Origin: Clostridia bacterium
Lineage (GTDB): Bacteria; Bacillota; Clostridia; Christensenellales; UBA1242
Length of the DNA: 64,000 nt
Assembly (NCBI GenBank): GCA_900767835.1
Contig: CAAGAO010000025.1
Location: 15,977-79,976, forward strand
Direction: 5' to 3'
Positions 33,134 to 42,668 of this stretch are shown here, piece by piece. The notes below the pieces were generated by a model. The model worked only from the letters and a program-made list of their open reading frames with translations. It made no database searches and was not told the origin of the DNA. A program made the translations under genes and the position numbers. How positions within the stretch are numbered: position 1 is the stretch's first letter; every line of letters starts with the position of its first letter.

Positions 33134-34690
33134 ATGGATTTTTTAAGTTTACTTTCGAAAAAACTAAATAATAAATACAATTTTTTAAAAATTGTTAAAG
33201 TGGTATACAATACCACTTTTTCAATATGTCATATCAATTTTATTTACCCAGAAGATAAACCTACTTTGCAAGAGTCACAAAAGGACGAAATTAAGCAATC
33301 ATGTCAAGAAGTGTTAGGTTTAAATGGAAAACTCGAATGCAAATTTAATAAAAGCTATTTAGATGAAAATATTATTAAGAATAAGATAGAAGAATATTTT
33401 AAAACAGATTTTGATAGTATTAGTTCATGCGTTGATATATCCAAGGTTAAATATCAACGAAATGTATTAGTGGTAAGTTTAGAGTTTTATGTTAATTACA
33501 CATTATATAAATATTTCCAAGATAACGAAGTGTGTGAAAAACTTAAAAAATATCTTCAAGATAATTTTTGCGGTGAATTTTTCATAACCGCAAGTATAGA
33601 TAATAGTGATGACTTTAACGAAGAAGAACTTGAAAAAAGGGCTGTTTTGATTCAGTCTCAAATTGAAACAAAAGCAAGAACTCCGAGATATAAAGTTGAA
33701 AATGTAAATGTGGTTTTTGGTTCGGAAATTATGCCTATGCCAGAATATATTGAAAACTTGAAAACAGAAAAAATATCTTTAATTTTAGCGGGAACTGTTG
33801 AAAATTTAGAACAAAAAGAGTTTTTACCTAGAAGAAATAAAGTCAAAGGTATTGACGAAAAAAGGAAAATGTACAAATTTAAGTTAAATGATGGGACAGG
33901 TAAAGTTAACTGCATACATTTTTGTACTAAGAATTCTGAAAAACATTTCGTTTTGGTAGAAGAAGGTACATACATTTTATGTCTTGGTGACTATGTAAAA
34001 CGCGATAATGGTGAAATGCAATATATGATTAAGTCAATTTCACTTTGTAAAAAATCTGAAGAAGAAGTTGAACAAAAGACTGAAGAATTAGAACCTGAAA
34101 CCGCTTCATACAAATTTGTTAAACCAAAACCATACACAAGAATGATACAAGACAATTTGTTTGTTGTAAAAAAAGAGTATCCCGAATATATAATGAATAA
34201 TATATTTGTTGTTTTTGATGTTGAAACAACTGGGTTGATTCCAGATAAAAATGAAATAACCGAAATAGGTGCTGTAAAAATTGTTAAGGGTGAGATTGTT
34301 GAAAGTTTTCAATCACTTTGCAAACCACATCAAAGTATTCCTGCAGAGATAACCAAAATAACTGGTATTGATGATAAACTGGTTGAAAATGAACAATCAC
34401 CAGAAGAAATTATTGGAGATTTCTTGTTGTTCTGCCAAAACTGCATTATGGTTGGCTATAATGTTAATTTTGACTATCAATTTATACAAATTACAGCACA
34501 AAAGGTCAACAAAAATTTTGATAACGAATTTAGAGATTGTATGGGTGATGCAAAAGCAAAATTATTTTTGCCAAACTATAGATTAGGTACGGTGGTTGAC
34601 CATTTAGGTGTTAATTTAAATAATGCACATAGAGCATTACATGATGCAACTGCCACTGCTGAAGCATTTTTAAAATTAAGTTTGCTTTAA
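33134..34690 (+). CDS. PolC-like N-terminal/OB-fold plus DEDDh 3'-5' exonuclease protein (no polymerase core)
   Basis: Exo I VVFDVETTGL, Exo II GYNVNFDYQFI, Exo III HRALHDATATAEAF. The exonuclease segment is very similar in pattern to the PolC proofreading domain. Sits in the rseP-(polC)-rimP slot. Confidence 0.75.
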   Translation: MDFLSLLSKKLNNKYNFLKIVKVVYNTTFSICHINFIYPEDKPTLQESQKDEIKQSCQEVLGLNGKLECKFNKSYLDENIIKNKIEEYFKTDFDSISSCVDISKVKYQRNVLVVSLEFYVNYTLYKYFQDNEVCEKLKKYLQDNFCGEFFITASIDNSDDFNEEELEKRAVLIQSQIETKARTPRYKVENVNVVFGSEIMPMPEYIENLKTEKISLILAGTVENLEQKEFLPRRNKVKGIDEKRKMYKFKLNDGTGKVNCIHFCTKNSEKHFVLVEEGTYILCLGDYVKRDNGEMQYMIKSISLCKKSEEEVEQKTEELEPETASYKFVKPKPYTRMIQDNLFVVKKEYPEYIMNNIFVVFDVETTGLIPDKNEITEIGAVKIVKGEIVESFQSLCKPHQSIPAEITKITGIDDKLVENEQSPEEIIGDFLLFCQNCIMVGYNVNFDYQFIQITAQKVNKNFDNEFRDCMGDAKAKLFLPNYRLGTVVDHLGVNLNNAHRALHDATATAEAFLKLSLL

Positions 34691-34868
34691 ATTATTTTAG
34701 TAATTTAGTTAATTTATAGAGTAAACAAAAATGCAATAATATTTCGTTATATTTTTTACTAGACTTGGAACAATTAGGTTAAACTCAAAAGCAAACAAAA
34801 ATTTATTTAAATTTTTTCGTTAAATTTTGGAATTATATGGTAATTGTTGAAAAAAATGATTAAAACTA

Positions 34869-34897
34869 TTGCTTTATTTTGTTGGAAGTGGTAATAT
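34869..34897 (+). promoter_or_regulatory. candidate sigmaA promoter of the rimP-nusA-infB operon
   Basis: TTGCTT (34869-34874), 17-nt spacer, TGgTAATAT (34889-34897). Confidence 0.5.
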
Positions 34898-34917
34898 ATG
34901 TATACATACTAGGTTAG

Positions 34918-34942
34918 GCGTGGGCAAAAAATTTGCCCACGC
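34918..34942 (+). promoter_or_regulatory. leader hairpin / weak terminator upstream of rimP
   Basis: GCGTGGGCAAA-aaa-TTTGCCCACGC (11 bp, GC-rich) followed by TTAATTTA. Lies between the candidate promoter and the rimP RBS. Confidence 0.5.
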
Positions 34943-34974
34943 TTAATTTAAGGAATGAATAAATAGGAGATTTT

Positions 34975-35439
34975 ATGGCCAGTAAAGCAATAGAAAAATG
35001 CAATCAAAGCATTGTACCAATAATAGAAAAACTTGGTTATGATGTTTTAGAGGTTGAATATGCTAAAAAGGTTGATGGAATGAACTTAACTTTCTTTATA
35101 GATAAACCAGAAGGCATAACACTTGATGATTGCGAAAAAGTTAATAATGCAATAACTGATTTGCTAGATGAAATTAATGTCTCAGATGATGCTCCTTACA
35201 TTCTAAATGTAAGTTCTGCAGGACTTGATAGACCAATTAAAAATCAAAAAGACTTTAATAGAAATAAAGGCAAAATAGTTGAAATTAAATTATATGTACC
35301 TTTAAATAATCAAAAAATGTATGAAGGTATTTTAATTGATTTTAACGAAAATGGATATACTATAAAAAATAATAAAGGTGAGGAATTGTTCTTTGAAAAA
35401 GACAAAGTAGCCATTTGCTCACCAAAAATAGAATTATAA
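34975..35439 (+). CDS. rimP: ribosome maturation factor RimP
   Basis: 154 aa. The pattern LGYDVLEVEY...L.FFIDKPEGITLDDCEKV and the position before nusA fit RimP. Confidence 0.9.
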   Translation: MASKAIEKCNQSIVPIIEKLGYDVLEVEYAKKVDGMNLTFFIDKPEGITLDDCEKVNNAITDLLDEINVSDDAPYILNVSSAGLDRPIKNQKDFNRNKGKIVEIKLYVPLNNQKMYEGILIDFNENGYTIKNNKGEELFFEKDKVAICSPKIEL

Positions 35440-35451
35440 GGAGAAATTTAA

Positions 35452-36585
35452 ATGACTAATAAAGATTTTTTTCAAGCATTAGAAGATCTTGAACGCGAAA
35501 AAAACATCAATTCACAACAATTTATTGAATCTTTAGAGACTGCACTTACTTCAGCATATAAAAAGGTATATGGCGAGGCTAAATCGGCTCTTGTTAAACT
35601 CAATCCAGAAAAGGCAACTATTAAAATTTATAGTTACAAAACTGTAGTTGAAAATGTTACTGATGCCGATAAAGAAATTAGTCTTGAAGATGCAAGACAA
35701 ATCAAAAAATCATACGCAATTGGCGATGAGGTCGCAGAAGAAGTAAGTCCTAAAGATTTTGGTAGGATTGCTGCACAAACCGCAAAACAAGTTGTAATGC
35801 AAAAATTAAAAGAGTTAGAAAGGGAACAAGCATTAAGTGAAATTGCTGAAAAAGAAGATGAACTTATTACTACCATTATTAAGAGAGTAGAAAATGGAAC
35901 AGTTTATGTTCAACTTGCAGGCTCTAATATGGAAGGAGTTATGCTCGAAAACGACCAAATTCCAGGCGAAAAATATAATGTCGGTGATAGAATTAAAGTT
36001 TATGTTAAAAAAATTAAAGATTCTTTCAAAGGCCCACAAGTTCAAGTATCAAGAGCAAATAACGGCTTTGTAAAAAAACTGTTTGAAATTGAAATTCCAG
36101 AAGTGGCAAGTGGTGATGTTGAAATTAAAAACATTGCCAGAGATCCTGGAAATCGTTGTAAGGTTGCCATCTTTAGTACAAAAGCTCACATAGATGCGTT
36201 AGGTGCTTGTGTTGGTAACCGAGGAGTTAGAATTAACACAATAATGGGAGAATTGAATGGCGAAAAAATTGACCTAGTTTTATATTCAGATGACCCACTT
36301 GAATATATTGCAAAAGCATTAGCACCAGCCGAGGTATTATCTGTTGAAATTAACGAAAGTTTAAAAGCTTCACAAGTTATTGTTGCGGATGATAAATTAT
36401 CATTAGCGATTGGTAAAAAAGGGCAAAATGTAAGACTTGCAGCAAGGCTTACTGGCTGGAAAATTGATGTTAAACCAAAGAGTAAAGTTGATGGTGGAGT
36501 AGAAGAAACTCCAGATTATGTTATTACTAACATTGATGATGATGACGATACATTTGCAAATCTAGAAGACATTACAGAAGAATAA
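35452..36585 (+). CDS. nusA: transcription termination/antitermination factor NusA
   Basis: N-terminal domain, S1 and two KH domains (GACVGNRGVRI, AIGKKGQNVRLA). Confidence 0.95.
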   Translation: MTNKDFFQALEDLEREKNINSQQFIESLETALTSAYKKVYGEAKSALVKLNPEKATIKIYSYKTVVENVTDADKEISLEDARQIKKSYAIGDEVAEEVSPKDFGRIAAQTAKQVVMQKLKELEREQALSEIAEKEDELITTIIKRVENGTVYVQLAGSNMEGVMLENDQIPGEKYNVGDRIKVYVKKIKDSFKGPQVQVSRANNGFVKKLFEIEIPEVASGDVEIKNIARDPGNRCKVAIFSTKAHIDALGACVGNRGVRINTIMGELNGEKIDLVLYSDDPLEYIAKALAPAEVLSVEINESLKASQVIVADDKLSLAIGKKGQNVRLAARLTGWKIDVKPKSKVDGGVEETPDYVITNIDDDDDTFANLEDITEE

Positions 36586-36596
36586 AGGAGTCTATT

Positions 36597-36860
36597 TTGA
36601 AAAAAGAAATAACTCGTATGTGTTTTATTTGTAGAAAAATACATAATAAAGATGATATGTTAAGATTAGTAAAAAATTCGAGTGGCGAAATTTTTATTGA
36701 TAAAACCGGTAAGGCAAATGGTAGAGGTGCATATATTTGTAACGATACTAATTGTATTGAACAAATAAAAAAGCAAAAGGTATTATCTAAGGCTTTTAAG
36801 TGTGAAGTGCCTTTAGATGTATATCAAAAATTATGTGAGGAATTAATTGATAAAAAATAA
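36597..36860 (+). CDS. ylxR: YlxR/RnpM family RNA-binding protein (DUF448)
   Basis: TTG start. RMCFICRK...LRLV...GKANGRGAYIC pattern. Confidence 0.85.
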   Translation: MKKEITRMCFICRKIHNKDDMLRLVKNSSGEIFIDKTGKANGRGAYICNDTNCIEQIKKQKVLSKAFKCEVPLDVYQKLCEELIDKK

Positions 36861-37164
36861 TTTAGATAAAATCAAAGGATATGTAGGAATTGCTACTAGA
36901 GCAAACTATATTGTATTTGGTTCGGATAATTTAAAAGGTTACACACATAAACTATTTATAGCCCTATATAGGCAGGACTATGGTAAAACTATTCAAAAAA
37001 CTTTAAACGAACTAAGGCAAAGGAATATTCCTTGTATCCAACTAGATGAAGAGGAATTTAACTATATTTCAGGATTAACTAATTGCAAATTGCTTGCAAT
37101 CAAGAATAAAGGTATTTCAGAACAGTTATTAAAAATTTTAAGGAGTGAACAGGTTAGTGGCTAA
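36847..37164 (+). CDS. ylxQ: L7Ae-family protein YlxQ
   Basis: About 100 aa between ylxR and infB. GIATRANYIVFGSDN pattern. Confidence 0.75.
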   Translation: MIKNNLDKIKGYVGIATRANYIVFGSDNLKGYTHKLFIALYRQDYGKTIQKTLNELRQRNIPCIQLDEEEFNYISGLTNCKLLAIKNKGISEQLLKILRSEQVSG

Positions 37165-39769
37165 CGAAAAAACAAACGGATTAAATAATTTAAAAATGAT
37201 TAATAAAATTCAAAAAGATGGGGTTTTGCAAGAATTGTTGAGAGATTTGCATTCTACAAAAAACCAATTAGAGATGTTAATGAAAAACACCTCTAAATTT
37301 ATTGCGTCCAAAAAAGAGCAAAATGTTGATAAGGAAAATACTAGCAATCAAACAGAGCCAAACCCAACTGAAGTATCAAAACCTCTTGTTGTAGAGGAAG
37401 TGGTAGAAAAAGTTGAACCTAAAAAAGAAGAAAAACCTCAAGCACAAATAAAAGTTAATCGTTTTACCAACTTTAATCGTGACCAAAGACAAAACCAAAA
37501 CAATAATGATAAACGCCAATTTGTTAATAGAGAAAATGGTAGACAAAATGGTAATTATAATAATCAAAATGGTAATTATAATAATCAAAATGGTGGTTAT
37601 AATAAGCAATATAACAACCAACGCCAATTTGGTAATTTTAATAATGGCCTAAGACAACAAAATAATTATGGAAATAATGAAAGACGCCCATATTATAATC
37701 AAAATGGTAATAGACCATATAATAATGGACCAAGATCTCAAAATGGCTTTGCTCAAAGCAAGGCGAATGCTTTTAAAAGTTTTGTACCTTTAGAGAGTTC
37801 AAAAGTTTTGGCTGGTCCAGAAAAAACATTTGCTGGGAAAAAAGCACCTACAAAATCTCAATATGATGAAAAGAAACAAATGAGTAAAAAATCTCTAATG
37901 AAAAGGGGTTTTATTGTTGATGATTCATACAGCGAGGATTTAGATGGTGTAAGAATGGGGTCTAGAAAACTTGTAAAATCAAAGAAAAAGGAAACCCAAA
38001 CATTTGTGGCACCAGCGGTAGAAAATGCTGTTATTACAACTGAAAATGTTACTGTTAAAACATTATCTGAAAAAACTGGCAAACCTGTTACAGAAATTAT
38101 TAAGCAATTAATGATCCTAGGTATTATGGCAACCATTAATAGTTCTATTGATTTTACAACTGCAGAACTCGTCGCTGAAGAACTAGGTGTAAAATTAGAA
38201 CAAAAACTAGAAAAATCTTATGAAGAAAAATTAGAAGAACAATCTAAAGAATTGGGAGAACATGCAATTAAACGCCCACCAGTAGTAACTGTTATGGGAC
38301 ATGTTGATCATGGTAAAACATCTCTTCTTGATGCCATTAGGAAAACAAATGTTGTTAGTGGAGAAGCGGGTGGAATAACTCAAAAAATAGGTGCATATCA
38401 AGTAACTTGGAATGGAGAAAAAATCACATTTATTGATACTCCAGGTCATGCTGCTTTTACCGCAATGCGTGCAAGAGGTGCTAAGGTTACAGATATTGCA
38501 ATATTAGTTGTTGCTGCCGATGATGGTATTATGCCTCAAACTATTGAGGCAATTAACCATATAAAAGCCGCTGCTTGTCCTATGATTGTAGCTATTAATA
38601 AAATGGATAAGCCAGAAGCAAATCCTGAAAGGGTAAAACAACAACTTGCTGAAAATGGTGTGTTGCCAGAAGAATGGGGTGGTGATACTATTTTAGTTCC
38701 TATTTCAGCAAAACAAGGTGTTGGTATTGATAAATTGTTAGAAACCGTACTTTTGGTCGCTGAAATGCAAGAATTAAAAGCGGACCCAACCCAAATGGCT
38801 GTCGGTGCGGTTATTGAGGCTGAGCTCGATAAGAATCGAGGACCTATTGCTACCATATTAATTCAAAATGGAACATTACATGTTGGTGATAGTGTTATGA
38901 GTGGTATCACTTATGGTAAGGTAAGGGCTATGTTTGATGAATATGGGAAGCAATTAAAATCAGCCCCACCTAGCACTCCAGTTGCAATTTTAGGTTTAGA
39001 TTCTGTTCCTAATGCTGGTGATCAAGTATATGCCATAGATGAAAAACTATCAAAACAAGTAATACAAGAAAGAATTAATAAAATTAAAGAAGAAAGAGCA
39101 AACTCTACATCTGGCGTGTCTCTTGATGACTTTATGGATAGAGTAAACGAAGGCAAATTAAAGACATTGAATATTATAATCAAAGCTGATGTTCAAGGTT
39201 CTGTTGAAGCGTTAAAACAAACATTAACTGTTATAAAAAATGAAGAAGCAAAGGTTGTTTGTATCCATAGTGGAGCAGGTCCTGTTACTGAATCTGACGT
39301 CATTTTGGCTGGTGCAAGTGATGCTGTAATAATTAACTTTAATTTAAAAGTATCTGGAAAGATTGAGCAATTTGCTGAAAATCAAAAAGTTCAAATAAAA
39401 TCATACAAAGTTATTTATGAATGCGTAGATGAAATAACAAAAGCCTTAAATGGTATGCTTTCTGTTAAATATGAAGACAAAATCATTGGACATACTGAAG
39501 TTAGGGCTATGTTTAAACTTTCTAGTGCAGGCATTATTTGTGGTTCATATGTAAAAGATGGTAAGGTGACTCGTAATTCTTATGTTAATGTATATCGTGG
39601 AGATGAAAAGATTTTACAAACACAAATTGAAGCATTAAAAATACAAAAAGATGATAAAGCAGAAGTTAACTTTGGTTATGAATGTGGTATCAAACTAAAG
39701 GATAGCACAGGTGTACAAGTTGGTGATACGTTTGAAGTATACGAAAAAGTAGAAATTAAAAGGGGATAA
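37157..39769 (+). CDS. infB: translation initiation factor IF-2
   Basis: GHVDHGKTSLLD, DTPGH and NKMD motifs. GTG 37157 lies 11 nt after AGGAG (the track start 37145 is an alternative). N/Q/G-rich N-terminal region. Confidence 0.95.
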   Translation: MANEKTNGLNNLKMINKIQKDGVLQELLRDLHSTKNQLEMLMKNTSKFIASKKEQNVDKENTSNQTEPNPTEVSKPLVVEEVVEKVEPKKEEKPQAQIKVNRFTNFNRDQRQNQNNNDKRQFVNRENGRQNGNYNNQNGNYNNQNGGYNKQYNNQRQFGNFNNGLRQQNNYGNNERRPYYNQNGNRPYNNGPRSQNGFAQSKANAFKSFVPLESSKVLAGPEKTFAGKKAPTKSQYDEKKQMSKKSLMKRGFIVDDSYSEDLDGVRMGSRKLVKSKKKETQTFVAPAVENAVITTENVTVKTLSEKTGKPVTEIIKQLMILGIMATINSSIDFTTAELVAEELGVKLEQKLEKSYEEKLEEQSKELGEHAIKRPPVVTVMGHVDHGKTSLLDAIRKTNVVSGEAGGITQKIGAYQVTWNGEKITFIDTPGHAAFTAMRARGAKVTDIAILVVAADDGIMPQTIEAINHIKAAACPMIVAINKMDKPEANPERVKQQLAENGVLPEEWGGDTILVPISAKQGVGIDKLLETVLLVAEMQELKADPTQMAVGAVIEAELDKNRGPIATILIQNGTLHVGDSVMSGITYGKVRAMFDEYGKQLKSAPPSTPVAILGLDSVPNAGDQVYAIDEKLSKQVIQERINKIKEERANSTSGVSLDDFMDRVNEGKLKTLNIIIKADVQGSVEALKQTLTVIKNEEAKVVCIHSGAGPVTESDVILAGASDAVIINFNLKVSGKIEQFAENQKVQIKSYKVIYECVDEITKALNGMLSVKYEDKIIGHTEVRAMFKLSSAGIICGSYVKDGKVTRNSYVNVYRGDEKILQTQIEALKIQKDDKAEVNFGYECGIKLKDSTGVQVGDTFEVYEKVEIKRG
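37547..37609 (+). repeat. 3 x 21-bp in-frame tandem repeat inside infB
   Basis: AATGGTAATTATAATAATCAA occurs twice exactly (37547, 37568) plus a 17/21 copy (37589). It encodes (NGNYNNQ)n. Confidence 0.85.
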
Positions 39770-39776
39770 AATTAAA

Positions 39777-40151
39777 TTGGAAAATGTTAGACAAGAACGA
39801 GCAAATGCGGAAATATCAAAAGCACTAGACATTATAATGCGTGAAAAAATTAATGACCCTAGGATTAAAAGACTATTTATTACTATTACTTATGTAAAAA
39901 CTTCTGCAGATTTTAGACATGCAAAGGTAGGTTTTAGTGTATTAAACGGAAATAAAAACAATGCACAAAAACTATTGCAAAATATGGAAGGGTTTATAAA
40001 AAAAGAATTATTACAAATGGTTAAATTGCCTTATGCACCAGAACTAGTATTTATTGCTGATTTAGGCGAAGAGAATAGTGAAAGGATAAATGATATTCTA
40101 AAATCTTTGGATATACCAAAAGAAGATGGGGAAGATGGTGATTTGATATAA
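39777..40151 (+). CDS. rbfA: ribosome-binding factor A
   Basis: TTG start. R.ER....I...L..I.....DPR pattern. Position after infB. Confidence 0.9.
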   Translation: MENVRQERANAEISKALDIIMREKINDPRIKRLFITITYVKTSADFRHAKVGFSVLNGNKNNAQKLLQNMEGFIKKELLQMVKLPYAPELVFIADLGEENSERINDILKSLDIPKEDGEDGDLI

Positions 40152-40167
40152 TTACAAAAGGTATAAA

Positions 40168-41121
40168 ATGAAGAATATATTAAAAATAATAAAAAAAAGC
40201 AAAAGAGTAGGAATAATTGCACATATATCACCAGACCCTGATTGTATGAGCAGTATGACTGCTCTTTCTTGCTTGCTTGAAAGTATGGGTAAACAAACAC
40301 ATATGTTTGTAGATTGTAATAAATTTAGAGATAATATGAGTTATTATAATTTACCAGATAACATTAATGAAGATTTGAATTTAGACGATTTTGATACATT
40401 AATAGCGGTAGATTTGCCACAATTATCTTTAATGGGTAAATATGGTGAAGCATTTACAAAACATAACAACACGATAGTAATCGATCACCATGAGTCAAGA
40501 AATCTTGAAGCAAAGGAAATATTTGTTGATTCTTCAAGGTCCAGTTGCAGTGAAATTATATTTGATTTAGCAAAACAATTAAATTTAGAAATAACTCCAA
40601 GGATTGCAAGTATTATTTATGCTGGTATTTTGGGGGATACAAATTGTTTTGAAAATGACAACATTAATGAGCAAACTTTTTTAACAGCATCTGGTTGCGT
40701 TGCTTGTGGTGCAGATATACAGAATGTCACTTTTATTTTTCAAAAACATCAAACTTTAGCCGAGTTAAAGTTAAAAGAATATGGTTATAAAAATATGGTT
40801 ATGAAAAATAAAATTGCTTATTGTATTTTTACAAAAAAAATGTTTAAACATTCTGGCGTTGACGATTGCCCGACATTCGTGAATGAAATATTAAATACGG
40901 AAGATAATGTTTTTGCTTATGTAATCAAGCAAAAAGATAAAAATACATATACTGTATCTTTTAGATGTAAAAATGGTTATAATGTTGCAAATATTGCAAA
41001 AAAATTTGGTGGAGGTGGACACGTTCAGGCATCTGGAACAATGTTTGTTGGTTCACCAACTAAATATGCAAAATTAATATATGATGAATGTTTAAAACAA
41101 TTGGAAGGTAATAATGTTTGA
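40168..41121 (+). CDS. nrnA: DHH/DHHA1 phosphoesterase (NrnA-like nanoRNase/pAp phosphatase)
   Basis: HISPDPDC, DHH and GGGH motifs. 317 aa. Confidence 0.8.
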   Translation: MKNILKIIKKSKRVGIIAHISPDPDCMSSMTALSCLLESMGKQTHMFVDCNKFRDNMSYYNLPDNINEDLNLDDFDTLIAVDLPQLSLMGKYGEAFTKHNNTIVIDHHESRNLEAKEIFVDSSRSSCSEIIFDLAKQLNLEITPRIASIIYAGILGDTNCFENDNINEQTFLTASGCVACGADIQNVTFIFQKHQTLAELKLKEYGYKNMVMKNKIAYCIFTKKMFKHSGVDDCPTFVNEILNTEDNVFAYVIKQKDKNTYTVSFRCKNGYNVANIAKKFGGGGHVQASGTMFVGSPTKYAKLIYDECLKQLEGNNV

Positions 41122-41785
41122 TAAAAACGCAATAATCAATTTTAATAAACCAACAGGTATGTCATCATTTTTAGCGGTTAAAAAAGTTGCTAAGGCATTA
41201 GGTGTCAAAAAGGCTGGTCATATGGGGACATTAGACCCATATGGTACAGGAGTATTATTAATAGGCGTTAACAAAGGCACCAAATTGTTTGATGAATACT
41301 TAAAAAAAATTAAAACATATATTGCTGTGTTTCATTTTGGTTACGAAACAAACACTTTAGACAGCGAAGGTGAAATTATAAATGAAAATAATATTATTGT
41401 AACAAAAAATGAAATTGAAAGTGTCCTGGTTGGATTTATTGGAAAACAAAATCAAATACCTCCTCAATTTTCGGCAAAAAAAATTGGAGGAAGAAAAGCA
41501 TGTGATGTTGCTAGAGCAGGCGGAAGTGTAGAACTTAAACCAAAAGAAATTAATATATACAATATTAAACTTTTAAGAGAATTTGGAGAAAATAATTTTC
41601 AGTTTGAAATTAGTTGCTCGGCGGGAACTTATATTAGAAGTATTTGTAGAGATTTGGCATATAAATTGTCTACATATGGTACTATGTTAAGTATTATACG
41701 CACAAAATGTGGTGTATTCTCTATTGAAAATTCTTGTACTCTTGATGATATAACTTTTGGCAAAATAAACTATTTAGAGGTTTAA
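41114..41785 (+). CDS. truB: tRNA pseudouridine(55) synthase TruB (short, no PUA domain)
   Basis: GHMGTLDP catalytic Asp motif. 223 aa. Confidence 0.9.
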   Translation: MFDKNAIINFNKPTGMSSFLAVKKVAKALGVKKAGHMGTLDPYGTGVLLIGVNKGTKLFDEYLKKIKTYIAVFHFGYETNTLDSEGEIINENNIIVTKNEIESVLVGFIGKQNQIPPQFSAKKIGGRKACDVARAGGSVELKPKEINIYNIKLLREFGENNFQFEISCSAGTYIRSICRDLAYKLSTYGTMLSIIRTKCGVFSIENSCTLDDITFGKINYLEV

Positions 41786-41801
41786 TATTAAAAGGAATAA
41801 T

Positions 41802-42668
41802 ATGGAAAATAAATTAAGATTCGGTCCTTCGGGTAATAGTAAGATTTTTTATGAAGCAGGTTATAAACATAGTGTTGATGCTCCAAAATTTTGTAAAGAA
41901 ATTGGTTTATCGGCTTATGAGTATTCTTTTGGAAGAGGTTTTACTATGTCTCTTGATACCGCAAAAATGCTTGGCGAAAACGCAAAAAATAATGATATTC
42001 TTATTAGTATTCATGCCCCTTATTATATTAATCTAGCCAATGAGAGTGATGAAATGGCACTGAAATCTTATGAGTATATTAAAAAAGGTATGGAATATAT
42101 CAAATTTACGTGCGGGCGAGATTTAGTTGTACATTTGGCATCTTGTGGAAAATTAGATAGAAAAACTGCACTTTATCTTACAGATAAAAGGTTAGATAAT
42201 TGTCTTAAAATTATATATGATAATGGACTTAATACTTGTGGGAAGATATGTCCAGAAACTATGGGTAAATATTTACAAATTGGCTCGTATCAAGAGATTA
42301 TAGATTTTTGCTCTAAAGATGAGATATTAGTGCCTACTTTTGATTTTGGACATATAAATTGCATAATGCAAGGTGGTTTAAAAACAAGTGATGATTTTAA
42401 AAAAATATTTGATTATTCTTTCGAGAAAATTGGTAATGATAAAACTAAAAATTGCCATATTCATTTTAGCAAAATTGAGTATAGCGAAAAGGGTGAAATT
42501 AAGCATTTAAATTTAGATGATAATATTTATGGACCAGAATTTGAACCGCTTGTAAAAGTAATTGATGAATATAAATTAACGCCAACAATTATTTCTGAGT
42601 CAAAAGAAAAAATGATGGAAGATGCTTTAAAACTAAAGGAAATCTATGATACTTGTACAAAAAATTAA
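41802..42668 (+). CDS. TIM-barrel protein of the AP endonuclease 2 / endonuclease IV-like family
   Basis: RFGPSGNS N-terminus. Metal-ligand-like positions SIHAPYYINL, VVHL, CPETMG, FDFGH and HIHFS. Confidence 0.55.
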   Translation: MENKLRFGPSGNSKIFYEAGYKHSVDAPKFCKEIGLSAYEYSFGRGFTMSLDTAKMLGENAKNNDILISIHAPYYINLANESDEMALKSYEYIKKGMEYIKFTCGRDLVVHLASCGKLDRKTALYLTDKRLDNCLKIIYDNGLNTCGKICPETMGKYLQIGSYQEIIDFCSKDEILVPTFDFGHINCIMQGGLKTSDDFKKIFDYSFEKIGNDKTKNCHIHFSKIEYSEKGEIKHLNLDDNIYGPEFEPLVKVIDEYKLTPTIISESKEKMMEDALKLKEIYDTCTKN

